The translations under genes and the position numbers were made by a program. From Octopus sinensis (taxonomy: Eukaryota), in contig NW_021835009.1 of the NCBI RefSeq assembly GCF_006345805.1, forward strand, positions 1 to 43,586: 43,586 bases of DNA, read 5' to 3'. The notes below the pieces were generated by a model, which saw nothing but the letters and a program-made list of their open reading frames with translations, searched no databases and was not told the origin of the DNA. Shown here piece after piece: positions 24,027 to 36,172 of the stretch. How positions within the stretch are numbered: the first letter of the stretch is position 1; every line of letters starts with the position of its first letter.

Positions 24027-24910
24027 TCACACATACACACACTCTCTCTCTCTCTCTCTCTGTTTCTTTTCCGTTTTTATTCATATCTATTCTCTCCTTC
24101 GAATTTCCTTTTCATTTTCCCCTCTTTTCCTCCTCGCCTTCCACTCTTCCCCCACCTTCTTTTCTTCCCACTCCTCCGCCGCCTCTCTCTTTCTCTCACT
24201 GCCCACTCCCTTCACGTCATTCGCTCCTTCTAATATCCTTCTTACCCCCCGCCTCCCTAACCTCCTCTCCCTACTCCCTCTCTTTCCCCCCTTCTCTCTC
24301 TCTCTCTCTATCAATCTATCTCTCATTCCTTCCAACTCTCATTCAAATGCCTGCTTTTATCCTTTTATCCTCTTTCATTCTTTATTAAACATTTTTCTCC
24401 TTCAATTCTTCTCACGACATTTTAACCTCTCTTTCACTTTCCCACTGTCTCGCTCTTTTTCTTCCATCAATTTCAACCTCTCTCTCTCTCACTCTCCCAT
24501 TCTTTCTCTCTCTCACTCTCTCTCACTCTTTCTCTCTCTCTCTCTTTCTCTCCCTTTCTCTTCTTGTTTCTTCCCTTTTGTCGCTCCCTCTCTTTTATTC
24601 TCTACTATTTCTCTTTCATTTCATTATTCTCTCTTTTCTTTTCCTTCTCTTCTTCAACCTAACCCCCACTGTTCTCTCTGTCTATCTCTCTCTCCCTCTC
24701 TCTCTCTCCCTCTCTCTCTCGTCTTTCTTTCTAATTCTTTTCTTCTGTCTTTCTCATCACCCTCCCATTCATTCTCTCTCTCTCCTTCTCTTCTTTTGTC
24801 TCTCATTCCTCCCTTAACCCCTTCCTTCTTCTTTTCTCTTCTTTTTCATTTTCCTTCTCATTTCTTTCTCGTTTTTCTGCATTTTTCATTCACCTCGTTT
24901 CAGTCTGAAT
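22560..24910. repeat. About 2.3-kb polypyrimidine (CT/TTTC-rich) tract
   Basis: The plus strand is almost entirely C/T. Confidence 0.95.
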
Positions 24911-24924
24911 TCATTTCATTTCCT

Positions 24925-25372
24925 TTTCACCACCACCACCACCACCACCACCACCACCACTGTAACTACAATTATCATCACTACCACCACTACCACCACC
25001 ATTACTGCCACAACCATCTCTAACGCTAACACCATCCCCATCATCATTATACCTCCACCCCACTACCACCGCCGCCACCACCACCACCACCACCACCAGC
25101 TTCACTACTTACTCACATTAGCACTACATCCACCATTGCAAACACCACCCCCACCACCACCACCACTACCGATATCGTCGCCGCCGCCACCACCATCATC
25201 ATCATCATCATCATCTCCACCATCGCCAACACCATCACCACTATCGCCGACGCCACCATTGCCTTCATCATCATCATCACCTCCACCACGACCACCACAA
25301 CAATATCCACCACCATCACCACCGCCACCACCATCGTTATCATCATCATCATCATCACCACCACCATAGCCA

Positions 25373-25403
<31 letters not shown>

Positions 25404-26684
25404 CGCCGCCGCCGCCACCACCGCCGCCGCCGCCACTACCGCCACCATCATCATCATAATCATCATCATCATCACCTCCACCACGACCACCACAACAATA
25501 TCCACCACCACCTTCACCACCACCACCATAGCCACCACCACCGCCGACACCCCCACCACCACCACCGCCACCAACATCCCCTCCACACCCAGAAGCACTG
25601 ACGTCGTCATCGCCACCAATGTCGCCACTATCCAGTCATCACTGCCAACGCTGCAGACCACGCTCTCTTACCTCCACCACCATCGCCACCATCATTTCCG
25701 TTTTCTCCTCCCCTCCCGCCACCCATAGCCACCACCGCTGCTGCTGCCGCCACCACCATTGACGCCATCACTACCATCATGGCTACTGTTACCGCCAGCC
25801 ATAACAACAACAACAAGCCAATACCATCACCATGACCACCACCACCGCACTGCAACGTCACGACATCCAGTCGTTTCTCAACCACTACCACCACGACAAC
25901 AATAGCAAACACCACCACTGCCGCTACCACCACCACTACTACCACCACCAACCACCACCACTACCACCACCACCACTACTACTACTACAAATGCTTGTAA
26001 GAGATGTACGACTACAACCACTACCACTACCTCTTACCCTTACTACACCACTATGACTACCGCCACCGCTACAGACAACAACAGCAGTACTACTACCACC
26101 ACCACCACCACCACCACTACTACTACTACTACTACTGGTAAGCGATATGCAATTCCTACCACCACCACCACAACTACAGGTAAGAGCTGTACTACCTCCA
26201 CAACCACAATCACCACCGCCACCGCCGGCCTTGAATTTATCACCCCTTTCAAGAGAAATTCCCCTCCTGAATGATAACAACACTACTACTACAACAACCG
26301 TTACCACCACCACCACCACCAACACCCATACTATCATCATCAACATCATCATCATCATCGACACGAACATTCTTCATATGAGATGCGCCTTCGTTCTTGA
26401 CACATCCTCTTCTCCACCATCACCGTCGCCACCACCACCAACACATTACAGTAAAATCAATACCACCACCGCCACCGACGCCACCACACCCGACGCCACC
26501 ACCACCACCGGCGCTGCCGCCGCCGCCATCTTCACTGCTATTAATCCTGCCACCCACCATCACAACCCTTCAACGAGCACCAATACCACCACCATCACCA
26601 CCGCCACCACCACCAACTTCTTCATCTTCATCACCGTCATCATCATCATCATCATCATTCATTATTTTCATCATCTCCATCACC

Positions 26685-26718
<34 letters not shown>

Positions 26719-26724
26719 TCACCC

Positions 26725-26761
<37 letters not shown>

Positions 26762-26856
26762 GTATCACTGTCCACCCATCCACCCACCAACACCACCAAC
26801 GCGAACAGCTCAACCATTATCCAAAACACATGAATACAACGACCATCGCCATCACC

Positions 26857-26914
<58 letters not shown>

Positions 26915-27048
26915 CAAACAATAGCTAAAAACTACTCCAGCAATAAAAACCACCAGTACAAACACTGAAGCACCAACGCCACCACCACCACCACCACCAC
27001 AACCACCACTACCACCACCATTACCATCGCCACCACAAGCAACAACAC

Positions 27049-27083
<35 letters not shown>

Positions 27084-27219
27084 GCAGCATTAAAATGCCA
27101 ATACCAACAACACCAACATCAACAACAATGGCACGAATAAAACAACCCCCGCCACGACCACCAACACAGAAATACTGACAACAACAATAGCAATACAAAC
27201 AACAACTGCGACGACGACG

Positions 27220-27251
<32 letters not shown>

Positions 27252-27305
27252 CAACAACAGCAACAACAACGAAACAATGATCGCCACCAATAATAGCAAC
27301 GATAA
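24925..27305. repeat. About 2.4-kb mixed trinucleotide array (CAC/CAT/CGC/CTA/CAA/AAT)
   Basis: Read directly; G-poor plus strand. Confidence 0.93.
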
Positions 27306-27587
27306 TGACAAGAAGAACACTAATCTTTCTTCCCTGCACTTCAAGCCAACAATAGTGCTCCCACGAAACAATAATGCCCCCACGAAACAACCACCGACTG
27401 AGTCAATGTGGAGCCGAACCTCTCTCTCTCTAGTCTCTCGACCAGCTAGAAATAACAACTAAATTCCACTCAAATCATACGCTTTAATCGTGAGAACGAA
27501 ACGACGAGGTGGATAACTGGAGGCCTGGATTCATTATTTCTGATATGTAGGAGAGGGTAGGGATAAAGATATTTTCCGAGTCATAGA

Positions 27588-27906
27588 GAGTCATAGAGAG
27601 TCAGAGAGTCATAGAAAGTCATAGGGGTCATAGAGAACGAGAGAGCCACAGTCATTGAGAGTCAGAGAGTCAGAGAGGATCATAGAGGATCATAGAGAGT
27701 CAGAGAGACATAGAAAGTCATAGTGGGTCAGAGAGTCAGAGAGAGTCATAGAGGGTCATAGAGTCAGAGAGTCATGGAAAATCATAGTGGGCGATAGAGA
27801 GTCAGAGAGGGTCGTAGAGAGTCGTAAAGTGTCAGAGAAGATCATAGAGAGTCAGAGAATCAAAGAGCCTCATAGAGAGTCAGGGAGTCATAGAGAGTCA
27901 TAGAAA
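27588..27906 (+). repeat. 8/10-bp minisatellite (GAGTCATAGA / GAGTCAGA)
   Basis: Read directly. Confidence 0.9.
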
Positions 27907-27909
27907 CTC

Positions 27910-28115
27910 ATAGGGCTGGTTTCCCGGTTTCTGTGACGCATATATTCCCCCACCTGGACAGGACGCAGGATTGCTCATTTTTGTCAGCTGAGTAGACTGG
28001 AGCAACGTGAAACGAAGAGTTCTGCTCAAGAACACAATGCATTGCCCGGTCCGGGAATCGAAACCACAATCTTATGATCATGAGTTCGATACCCTAACCA
28101 CCAATCCACGCGCAT
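27910..28115 (-). mobile_element. SINE F4-like, diverged
   Basis: CTGAGTAGACTGGAGCAACGTGAAA..GCTCAAGAACAC..GGAATCGAAACC. Confidence 0.75.
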
Positions 28116-28141
28116 CTATGCGCCTCGTTGATCTGATATAT

Positions 28142-28370
28142 AAGGCGGCGAGCTGGCAGAATCGTTAGCACGCAGGGCGAAATGCGTAGCCGTATTTCGT
28201 CTGCCGTTACGTTCTGAGTTCAAATTCCGCCGAGGTCGACTTTGCCTTTCATCCTCTCGGGGTCCATAAATAAAGTACCAGTTTTGCACTGGGTCGATGT
28301 AATCGACTTAATCCCTTTGTCTGCCCTTGTTTGTCCCCTCTATGTTTAGCCCCTTGAGGGCAGTAAAGAA
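28142..28370 (+). mobile_element. SINE F2, full length (tail A)
   Basis: AAGGCGGCGAGCTGGCAGAATCGTTAGCACG..GGCAGTAAAGAAAT. Confidence 0.92.
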
Positions 28371-28677
28371 ATATATATATAGGCAGGCTAATCAAAGCAG
28401 GAAGGATCTGGATCCTTCGTAAGCACATTCAGTACAGCCCTGATTCAAACAGCAACTGGAAAGTGACAAAAAATATTCCACGTGTAATTCCATACAACGA
28501 AGCCACACACTGTCTGCTGGTCTTCAACTAAATTCCTGCCTGATCTAGGGACCTGCCTGATGGCCCCTGTACTCTATGAAGAAGGACCTTCAAGATCGCT
28601 TTGAGTATACGTACATCATGCTTCTTACGAGGACTCGATACGTCTCGTCGCATGAGTACAACGCCACAGAAGAGATC

Positions 28678-29074
28678 GTGGTTGTGTGGTAAGAAGCTTG
28701 CTTCCCAACCACAGGGTTCCGGGTTCAGTCTCACTGCGTGGCACCTTGGGTAAGTTTCTTCTACTATAGCCCCGTACCGCCCAGAGCCTTGTGAGTGAAT
28801 TTGGCAGATGGAAACTGAAAGAAGCCCTTCATATGTGTGTGTGCGTGCGTGTCTATGTATGCGTGTGTCTTTGTGTCTGTGTTTGTCCTCCGTCACCGCT
28901 TGACAATCAGTTGTTGGTGTGTTTATGTCCCTGTAACATAGTGGTTCGGCAAAAGACACTAATAAAATAGGTAGCAGGCTTTAAAAATGTCCTGGAGTCA
29001 ATTTGTTCGACTAAAACCCACCAAGGCGGTGCTTCAGCCTGGCTGCATTGTAATGACTGAAACAAGTAAGAGAT
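28678..29074 (+). mobile_element. SINE F3, full length
   Basis: GTGGTTGTGTGGTAAG..GGGTTCAGTCTC..GCACCTTGGGTAAG..TGACTGAAACAAGTAAGAG. Confidence 0.88.
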
Positions 29075-29193
29075 AAAAAAAAAATACTCCACCGATCTTC
29101 ATTATTGTTGCTCAACAGAGGACAGGCTTTAGTGGTCAATGCTATTGTCCTGACCACCAGGCCATATCAGATGTTATATTTTGGAGGCTTCTA

Positions 29194-29583
29194 AATAGTA
29201 TAGGAGCACTCCGTCGGTTACGACGATGAGGGTCCCAGCTGATACGATCAACGGAACAGCTTGCTCGTGGAATTAACGTGCAAGTGGCTGAGCACTCCAC
29301 AGACACGTGTACCCTTAACGTAGTTCTCGAGGAGATTCAGCGTGACACAGAGTGTGACAAGGCTGGCCCTTTGAAATACAGGTACAACAGAAACAGGAAG
29401 AAAGAGTGAGAGAAAGTTGTGGTGAAAGAGTACAGCAGGGTTCACCCCACCCCCTGCAGGAGCCTCGTGAAGCTTTAGGTGTTTTCGCTCAATAAACACT
29501 CACAATGCCCGGTCTGGGAATCGAAACCGCGATCCTACGACCGCGAGTCCGCTGCCCTAACCACTGGGCCATTGCGCCTCCAC
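29194..29583 (-). mobile_element. SINE F1, full length with 14-bp TSD
   Basis: TSD TTTGGAGGCTTCTA at 29180-29193 and 29584-29597. Confidence 0.93.
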
Positions 29584-29814
29584 TTTGGAGGCTTCTACGT
29601 CCTAATGGGAGACAAACAGCCACTCAATTACGGTGGTGTTATTGGTAGAACGACACACAAACACGACATTGAGGATCAGATCCAGTTTCTGAAAACAAGA
29701 TAAAAATGATTTCAAACAATTCCCGTTGACCTTTGACAAAATGGTACAATTCCTTGCCAGCCACCCGACCCACCAGTTTTCCGTCATCCACGTTACTCAT
29801 ATTAATAAACACCG

Positions 29815-30390
29815 CCATCGTTTCCTTTATTTCTCTCCTTTTTCTTTCTTTCTTCCTTCCTTTCTTTCTTTCTTTCTTTCTTTCGTTCTTTTCTTCTTTC
29901 TTTCTTTCTTTCTTTATTTTTTCTTCTTTCGTTCGTTCTTTGTTCGTTCTTTCTTCGTTCTTTCTGTTTTCTTTCTTTCTTTCTTGCTTTCTTTCTTTCT
30001 TTCTTTCTTTCTTCGTTCTTTCTTTCTTTATTTCTTCTTTCGTTCGTTCTTTCTTCTTCCTTTCTTTCTTTCTTTCTTTCGTTCTTTCTTCTTTCTTTCT
30101 TCCTTCTTTCTTTCTTTCGTTCGTTCGTTCTTTCGTTCGTTCTTTCTTTCGTTCTTTATTCTTTATTCTTCTTTCTTTCTTTCTTTATTCTTTCTTTCGT
30201 TCGTTCGTTCTTTTTTCTTCGTTTCTTTCTTTCTTTCTTCTTTTTCTTCGTTCTTTATTTCTTTCTTTTGTTCTTTCTTTCTTTCTTTCTTCCCTCCTTT
30301 CTCTCTCTTTCTCTCACTTTCTTGCTCTCTTTCATTTTCTCTCTCTGTCTCTCTTTGTATCTGTCTCTCTTTGTATCTGTCTCTCTCTAT
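29815..30390. repeat. (TTTC/TTCG)n polypyrimidine tract
   Basis: Read directly. Confidence 0.95.
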
Positions 30391-30924
30391 ATATGTGTGT
30401 GTGAGTGTGTGTGTGCGTGCCTGTGTGTGGGAGCGTGTGTGTGGCTGTGTGTCTGTACCTATGTCTGTATGTTTCTGTGTGCTTCTGTCAACTTATGAAT
30501 GTATGTATGTAAGTATGTATATGTGTGTGCGTGCGCATGCGTGCGTGTTCAGTGGTATGCTTCATGCAGTATACTTTACCAGAATTTCTCGACCCAGGAT
30601 CAAGTCTAACATTCCATTCTTATATCCTTGTTGCGTGGTAACTATATTAAACGAAGGACAGGCTGGAGTGTTGCGAAAATTAATCGCGTAATGTCGGAAC
30701 AAGCACAATAAAAAAGGCCAAAGTTATCATTTTGAGTAGACCTAAAACGTACGTTTCCAGTAGTTACTAAGATAACTGTTACGTAATACTAACCTCGTGT
30801 TGACATTTTAAAATTATTTCGAAATGTTGTCTGAAGACGATGTCATTACATATCGGTTATCTTACGTAGCCGCTTGAAACGTGCGTATTAAAAGCATTCA
30901 AAATATCAGATTTTGGTTTTGTAA

Positions 30925-31076
30925 TTAATCCTTTGTGTGTGTGTGTGTGCACGTGTGTATCTGTACGAGTGTGTGTGTGTATGTGTGCGTGTGTATGTGT
31001 CTGTGTGTGCACGTGTGTATGTGTGTGCGTATGTATATGTCTGTGTGTGTGTGCACGTGTGTGTGTATGTGTGTGT

Positions 31077-31122
<46 letters not shown>

Positions 31123-31162
31123 ATTCTATTTTGTATGTTTGTTTTCCTCATTGGTCTGTACG

Positions 31163-31207
<45 letters not shown>
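30925..31207. repeat. (TG)n variants and (TA)n
   Basis: Read directly. Confidence 0.93.
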
Positions 31208-31211
<4 letters not shown>

Positions 31212-31369
31212 GAAATAGAAAGATGAATAATCTTGTTGCAGATTAATCAAAAGTTTAACCGATACCTTGGTAGCAAAAATCACAGCAGAAGACAGCACGG
31301 TTGGAGGTACAACCATATGGTGTTGCAACATGCGTTGGTGCGGATAATTGAATTTTAATATTATAGTGA

Positions 31370-31562
31370 ATTGAAGAAATGGAGTTGAACGAAGATTGAA
31401 CAGAAATCGTTTTATTGCATTCTACACGTGTTTCGAAAGCCACAATTTACCAAATTCCGATTGAATACTTTACCAGAATTTGTAAATTGTGGCTTTCGAA
31501 ACACGTGTAGAATGCAATAAAACGATTTCTGTTCAATCTTCGTTCAACTCCATTTCTTCAAT
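31370..31562. repeat. 81-bp inverted repeat containing the 3' half of a hammerhead-like motif
   Basis: Arms 31370-31450 and 31482-31562; contains CGAAAC-ACGT-GTA; followed by (TA)n. Confidence 0.9.
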
Positions 31563-31565
31563 AAT

Positions 31566-31639
<74 letters not shown>

Positions 31640-32217
31640 CAAAAATTTAGCCAAAAAAACACGACAAACGGAATTGTTCGAAATGTGGGGTAGATAATTA
31701 GCCGACAACTGATGAAGGGTCGTTCTTTATGTTACTTGTCCTGTTTTCCATTTGTTTCTCGTGTTGGTCGCAAAAACGTTTGTCTTCGTATTTCATGTTG
31801 TTTTTCGCATTTCGGATTTCATGTCTTCGTATCTCATGTTGTTTACGTTTTGTGACGTCCTGTACCCATATATGCATATATACATATATATGTCAGTATG
31901 TACATATATGTACGTATATATGCCAATATATATATATTTCATTTATATTAAACATATATAGATAGATAACAAAACTTTAACAAGAACACAACAAACGGAT
32001 AAATGCTTGAAATACGAGGGTAGAAAAGCAGCCAATAACTGATGAAGGGTCGCTTTTTGAGTTGTTTATCGTGTTTTCCATTTGTGTCTTTCGTTGTTCG
32101 AAAAAATAGTTCCTATTCCATGTACTCGTACTTCGTATTTTTTGTTGTACACGTTTCATGACGTCCTGTTCCCACATATGCATATATATATATATATGCA
32201 TATGTGGGCACAGGACG

Positions 32218-32220
<3 letters not shown>
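31640..32220 (+). mobile_element. Two diverged tandem copies of a short (TA)n-associated repeat
   Basis: Shared AGCC..AACTGATGAAGGGTCG..TTTTCCATTTGT..GACGTCCTGT.CCCA.ATATGCATATA at about 31700-31880 and 32030-32185. Confidence 0.6.
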
Positions 32221-32278
<58 letters not shown>

Positions 32279-32427
32279 CAAGGAAAATAGGGATGTAGAC
32301 GTCCAATCTTCACTGGTTCCATTGTTAGATACCCAATTTATCAGGGAACACCTTACAATTACATGGGCATATATTTAATTTATAAAAATGAATAGAAAAT
32401 GGAGATATGTATAACAATAGAGAATGG

Positions 32428-32479
<52 letters not shown>

Positions 32480-32594
32480 ACATATACAGGTGCCACTTCT
32501 ATGTTTTACCAGCAGAACAATACATACTTCTCTGATGAGGTCTAATAAGACTTATATATTATGCGTTGCTCCCACCAGGTGGCTTCAAAGACAA

Positions 32595-32654
32595 GTGTAG
32601 TAGTAGTAGTAGTAGTTGTTGTTGTTGTTGTAGTAGCAACAGCAGTAGCAGTAA

Positions 32655-32687
<33 letters not shown>

Positions 32688-32730
32688 CAGTAGTAGTAGT
32701 AGTTGTTGTTGTAGTAGCAACAGCAGTAGC

Positions 32731-32771
<41 letters not shown>

Positions 32772-32821
32772 CAGCAGAAGTAGTAGTAGTAGTAGTAGTA
32801 GCAGTAGTAGTAGTAGTAGTG

Positions 32822-32858
<37 letters not shown>

Positions 32859-32863
32859 CAGTT

Positions 32864-32919
<56 letters not shown>

Positions 32920-32945
32920 TGTAGTAGTAGTAGTAGTAGTAGTGA
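32595..32945. repeat. (TAG)n
   Basis: Read directly. Confidence 0.96.
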
Positions 32946-33079
32946 CTGCTTGGATAAACTCTTAAGTTTTTCACCTTAGTATAATCGATGCATGAGACTC
33001 TACTGTGTATGTATAACCGCAGAGGGCTCCCCTGAGATACTTTACTCTAAGAAATGTACACCACCACCACCACCACACC

Positions 33080-33128
<49 letters not shown>

Positions 33129-33414
33129 CAACAGCAACAACAAGAGGAAAGAAGGCCTCTATGTCGTCTCTCGACGACATAGAGATAGCTGTAGAAATTA
33201 GCCGCAAGTCACAAGAAGACATTAGATAATGTAAGCCGTGGTACACAATGCCAAAACAAAAGGTCGCGATTGTCGCGGTAGGAACGCTCTCAGCTATAGA
33301 TTCGTTCTATCAGTGCCGACTTGGGGCTAAACAACAACACCAGTAGCAGCGAATGGGGGATGGTCACTGAGGGAACGCTTCTTCTGCCATAGCTCTACTT
33401 TATCTTAACTACTA

Positions 33415-33415
33415 A

Positions 33416-33452
<37 letters not shown>

Positions 33453-33519
33453 TCTACTACTACTACTACTACTACTACTACTATTACTACTACTACTACT
33501 ACTACTACTACTATTATTA

Positions 33520-33587
<68 letters not shown>

Positions 33588-33590
33588 GCA
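33415..33590. repeat. (CTA/CTG)n
   Basis: Read directly. Confidence 0.95.
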
Positions 33591-33799
33591 CTTGCCGTAC
33601 CAGTTGCATTACTAACATCTATCTGCTAGAAATAACTGTCAAATCTCCCTCAAACCATCAACTTCCGTCTTTAAAAAAGCGATACATTTTGTTTGTTGAT
33701 CCCATGCCTGGGATGGTCACGGTTGAAACGTCTTTTGATCATAGACCTGATTGACCTGACGTTATCCAACAAAAACGTAACACTCACTACACACACACA

Positions 33800-33840
<41 letters not shown>

Positions 33841-33924
33841 AATATGCCTGCCATCGTCTTCCTGTCACCAATGATGTCCCAGAAACGATAGCAGCGCTAG
33901 AGTGAGTGTCGCCCGTACATATGA

Positions 33925-34095
33925 AAATACGACGCGCTTCTTTCAGTTTCCGTAGTTTCCGTATACCAAATCCACTCACTAGACTTTGGTCAACCCGGGG
34001 TTATAGTAGAAGACATTTGCTCAAGCTGCCGTGCAGTGGGACTGAACCGAGGACCACATGGTTAGGAAGCAAGCTTCTTACTACAAAACCACGCG
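33925..34095 (-). mobile_element. SINE F3, 5' half
   Basis: CTTCTTTCAGTTTCCG..AGTAGAAGACATTTGCTCAAG..GCAGTGGGACTGAACC. Confidence 0.82.
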
Positions 34096-34105
34096 TTAAA
34101 GGAAG

Positions 34106-34114
34106 AAAAAAAAA
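34106..34114 (-). terminator. Pol III oligo-T terminator of tRNA-Thr
   Basis: T9 on the minus strand, starting 12 nt downstream of the discriminator base. Confidence 0.8.
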
Positions 34115-34125
34115 TAGAGAACAGC

Positions 34126-34198
34126 AGCCTCCAATGAGGATCGAACTCACGACCCCTGGTTTACAAGACCAGTGCTCTAACCACTGAGCTATGGAGGC
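34126..34198 (-). tRNA. trnT-UGU: tRNA-Thr(UGU), intronless, 73 nt
   Basis: GCCTCCA TA GCTC AGTGGTTA GAGC A CTGGT CTTGTAA ACCAG GGGTC GTGAG TTCGATC CTCAT TGGAGGC T: perfect 7-bp acceptor stem, all arms pair, anticodon TGT. Confidence 0.95.
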
Positions 34199-34346
34199 AA
34201 CTGACTTACGCTTGATATATAACAAGTAATAGCGACAGAGATTGTATTAATATCAACAGGTATTAATAGTATTTATCTCCCACTTAAAAGTCGATGTTAT
34301 GTTGGAATATAGAATACAGCGTTATTCGGTGCGAGAGAACCTCTCA

Positions 34347-34409
34347 TACGAACAACACGAGTCCATATGACAAGTTTTCTAACACAAAACACAAAATCTA
34401 CCTTAAATG

Positions 34410-34442
<33 letters not shown>

Positions 34443-34454
34443 GTATATATATAG

Positions 34455-34498
<44 letters not shown>

Positions 34499-34921
34499 CA
34501 TATATATATCGTGTGTGTATGGGTATGTATATATATATATTGGTAAAAACAGTAAGATAACAAAAGAAAGAAAGAGGCCTCAATATTATGTAAATAGAGG
34601 AAATTTATCTGTAAAATAATATGTGACAATTATTCAATAGCCAAGATAAAACTCTGAGTTTCGGATGCCGAGGTGGAAATCCACAACACCATCTCAGATA
34701 ACGAAGAGATGGTGTTGTGGATTTCCACCTCGGCATCCGAAACTCAGAGTTTTATCTTGGCTATTGAATAATTGTCACAATATTTTACAGATAAAATTCC
34801 TCTATTTACATAATATTGAGGCCTCTTTCTTTCTTTTGTTATCTTACCGTTTTTACCAATATATATATTTAAGGTAGATTTTGTGTTAGAAAACTTGTCA
34901 TATGGACTCGTGTTGTCCGTA
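34347..34921. repeat. Large inverted repeat (arms 34347-34695 and 34706-34921) centred on a hammerhead-like motif
   Basis: About 155 bp nearly perfect next to a 10-nt spacer; the left arm also carries a (TA)n expansion. Confidence 0.92.
34697..34756 (+). ncRNA. Hammerhead-like motif lacking core U4
   Basis: GATAA-C(-)GAAGA-GATG..CATC-C-GAA-ACTC-A-GAGT-T-TTATC. Stem I GATAA/TTATC is perfect. Confidence 0.45.
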
Positions 34922-35099
34922 ATTAATAAATAAATAATTATTAAGAATTTATAAAAACTTTTTGTAAAAGTTTCTACCGATAATGGTTATTTTTCCATAC
35001 CGAAACTACTTGGTAAAATTTATTAATTATTAAATTAATAATTCTTTACCCTATATCTGTAATGATTATATATATAACTAGGGTGTTAGAAAACGCACG

Positions 35100-35180
<81 letters not shown>

Positions 35181-35364
35181 TAAACTGTGGTTGCAGAACA
35201 AACAAATACAAGGTCATCCACGTAACATTTCATATCTCGAACATTTAATCACATAATGCTTTTTCCTTTCACATAGAATATACATGTACAACATCACGGA
35301 AGATGAAACATAACTCATCAGTACAAGCATATAAGAGAATACAAGAAAGTGCATGAATACAGTT

Positions 35365-35525
35365 CATCTCTTTGTTTCTCTCCTTGTTTTTTTTCTGTGT
35401 CCCTTTCTGTAGAAGAGCGTAGGCTCGAAACGTAAAAGACTTTTTCTATTCCTGAACGTTACTAATATATCTGTTTGCTTTGTACACCACCTGTCTTCGT
35501 CTTTTGTTTTTTTCGTGAACTCCCC
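35365..35525 (+). mobile_element. Second copy of the 425-605 repeat, with a hammerhead-like motif at 35403-35438
   Basis: CTTT-CTGTAGA-A-GAGC-GTAG-GCTC-GAA-ACGT-A-AAAG; ends at (TA)n. Confidence 0.55.
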
Positions 35526-36172
35526 CCCTATATATATATATATATATACAATAAAGTTTATTTGCCCCTTGTAAGCAAGGGGACTCACTACTCCCTTCTA
35601 ACCGTTAGTAGTACCAGCAGGCCAATAGTTTCTAGGTTATTTCCTTTCTTCGGTGTTGAGAGGACACAGACGGAAAGAATGGGTTATACCTGTAACTCAA
35701 AGCAACGTAAAGTCGCTTGCCGAAGGACACAACGCTCCGCCGGGAATCGAACTCAATATCTTAGCATCGGAAGCCAAATACCCTGGCTACTAAGCCAGGC
35801 TTCTCCTCAGCTATATATACATAAATGTTCGTTTGTTCGATTGTTTCCCACCGAATCTGTGAGGTTTAGCGTGGTAATAATTGTCTGCCGAGTAAAAGAA
35901 TAAATCTACCTCAGAACCAGGTTTCATCTCCGATGAAGAGTTTAGAGTCAGAAAAGATCTATTTGTAGCCATTGAAATATATTTCTTTACTAGTTTTATC
36001 AATGACAAAACATCGTTTTTCATGAGATTACTGTTTTCATCAAGGGTGATTCGTATGTTAATTTATTTTTTCAGTTTTAGAGGATAAAAGTTGTATTCAT
36101 TATAAATCATAGGTCGTAGGTTCAAATACAGTTTAAGTTTTAGCATTATGTATAGTATTCAGGCAATCAGTT

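Noticed and set aside
22765-25023. 752-aa ORF (and overlapping 400- and 422-aa ORFs)
   Set aside because: Translation of a CT tract that lacks stop codons for compositional reasons; F/S/L only, no domain.
28381-28670. Unique-looking stretch as a host exon (49-codon open frame)
   Set aside because: No recognisable homology and no convincing splice sites.
30831-30887. CTGAAGA..GAAAC-GTGC-GTA as a ribozyme
   Set aside because: Two hairpins replace stem II and stem I does not pair.
31709-32052. CTGATGAAGGG at 31709 and 32039 as hammerhead cores
   Set aside because: No stem II or GAAA partner could be paired convincingly.
32532-32552. CTGATGA-GGTC-TAATAA-GACT as a complete ribozyme
   Set aside because: The GAAA/stem III half is missing; kept only as a truncated remnant.
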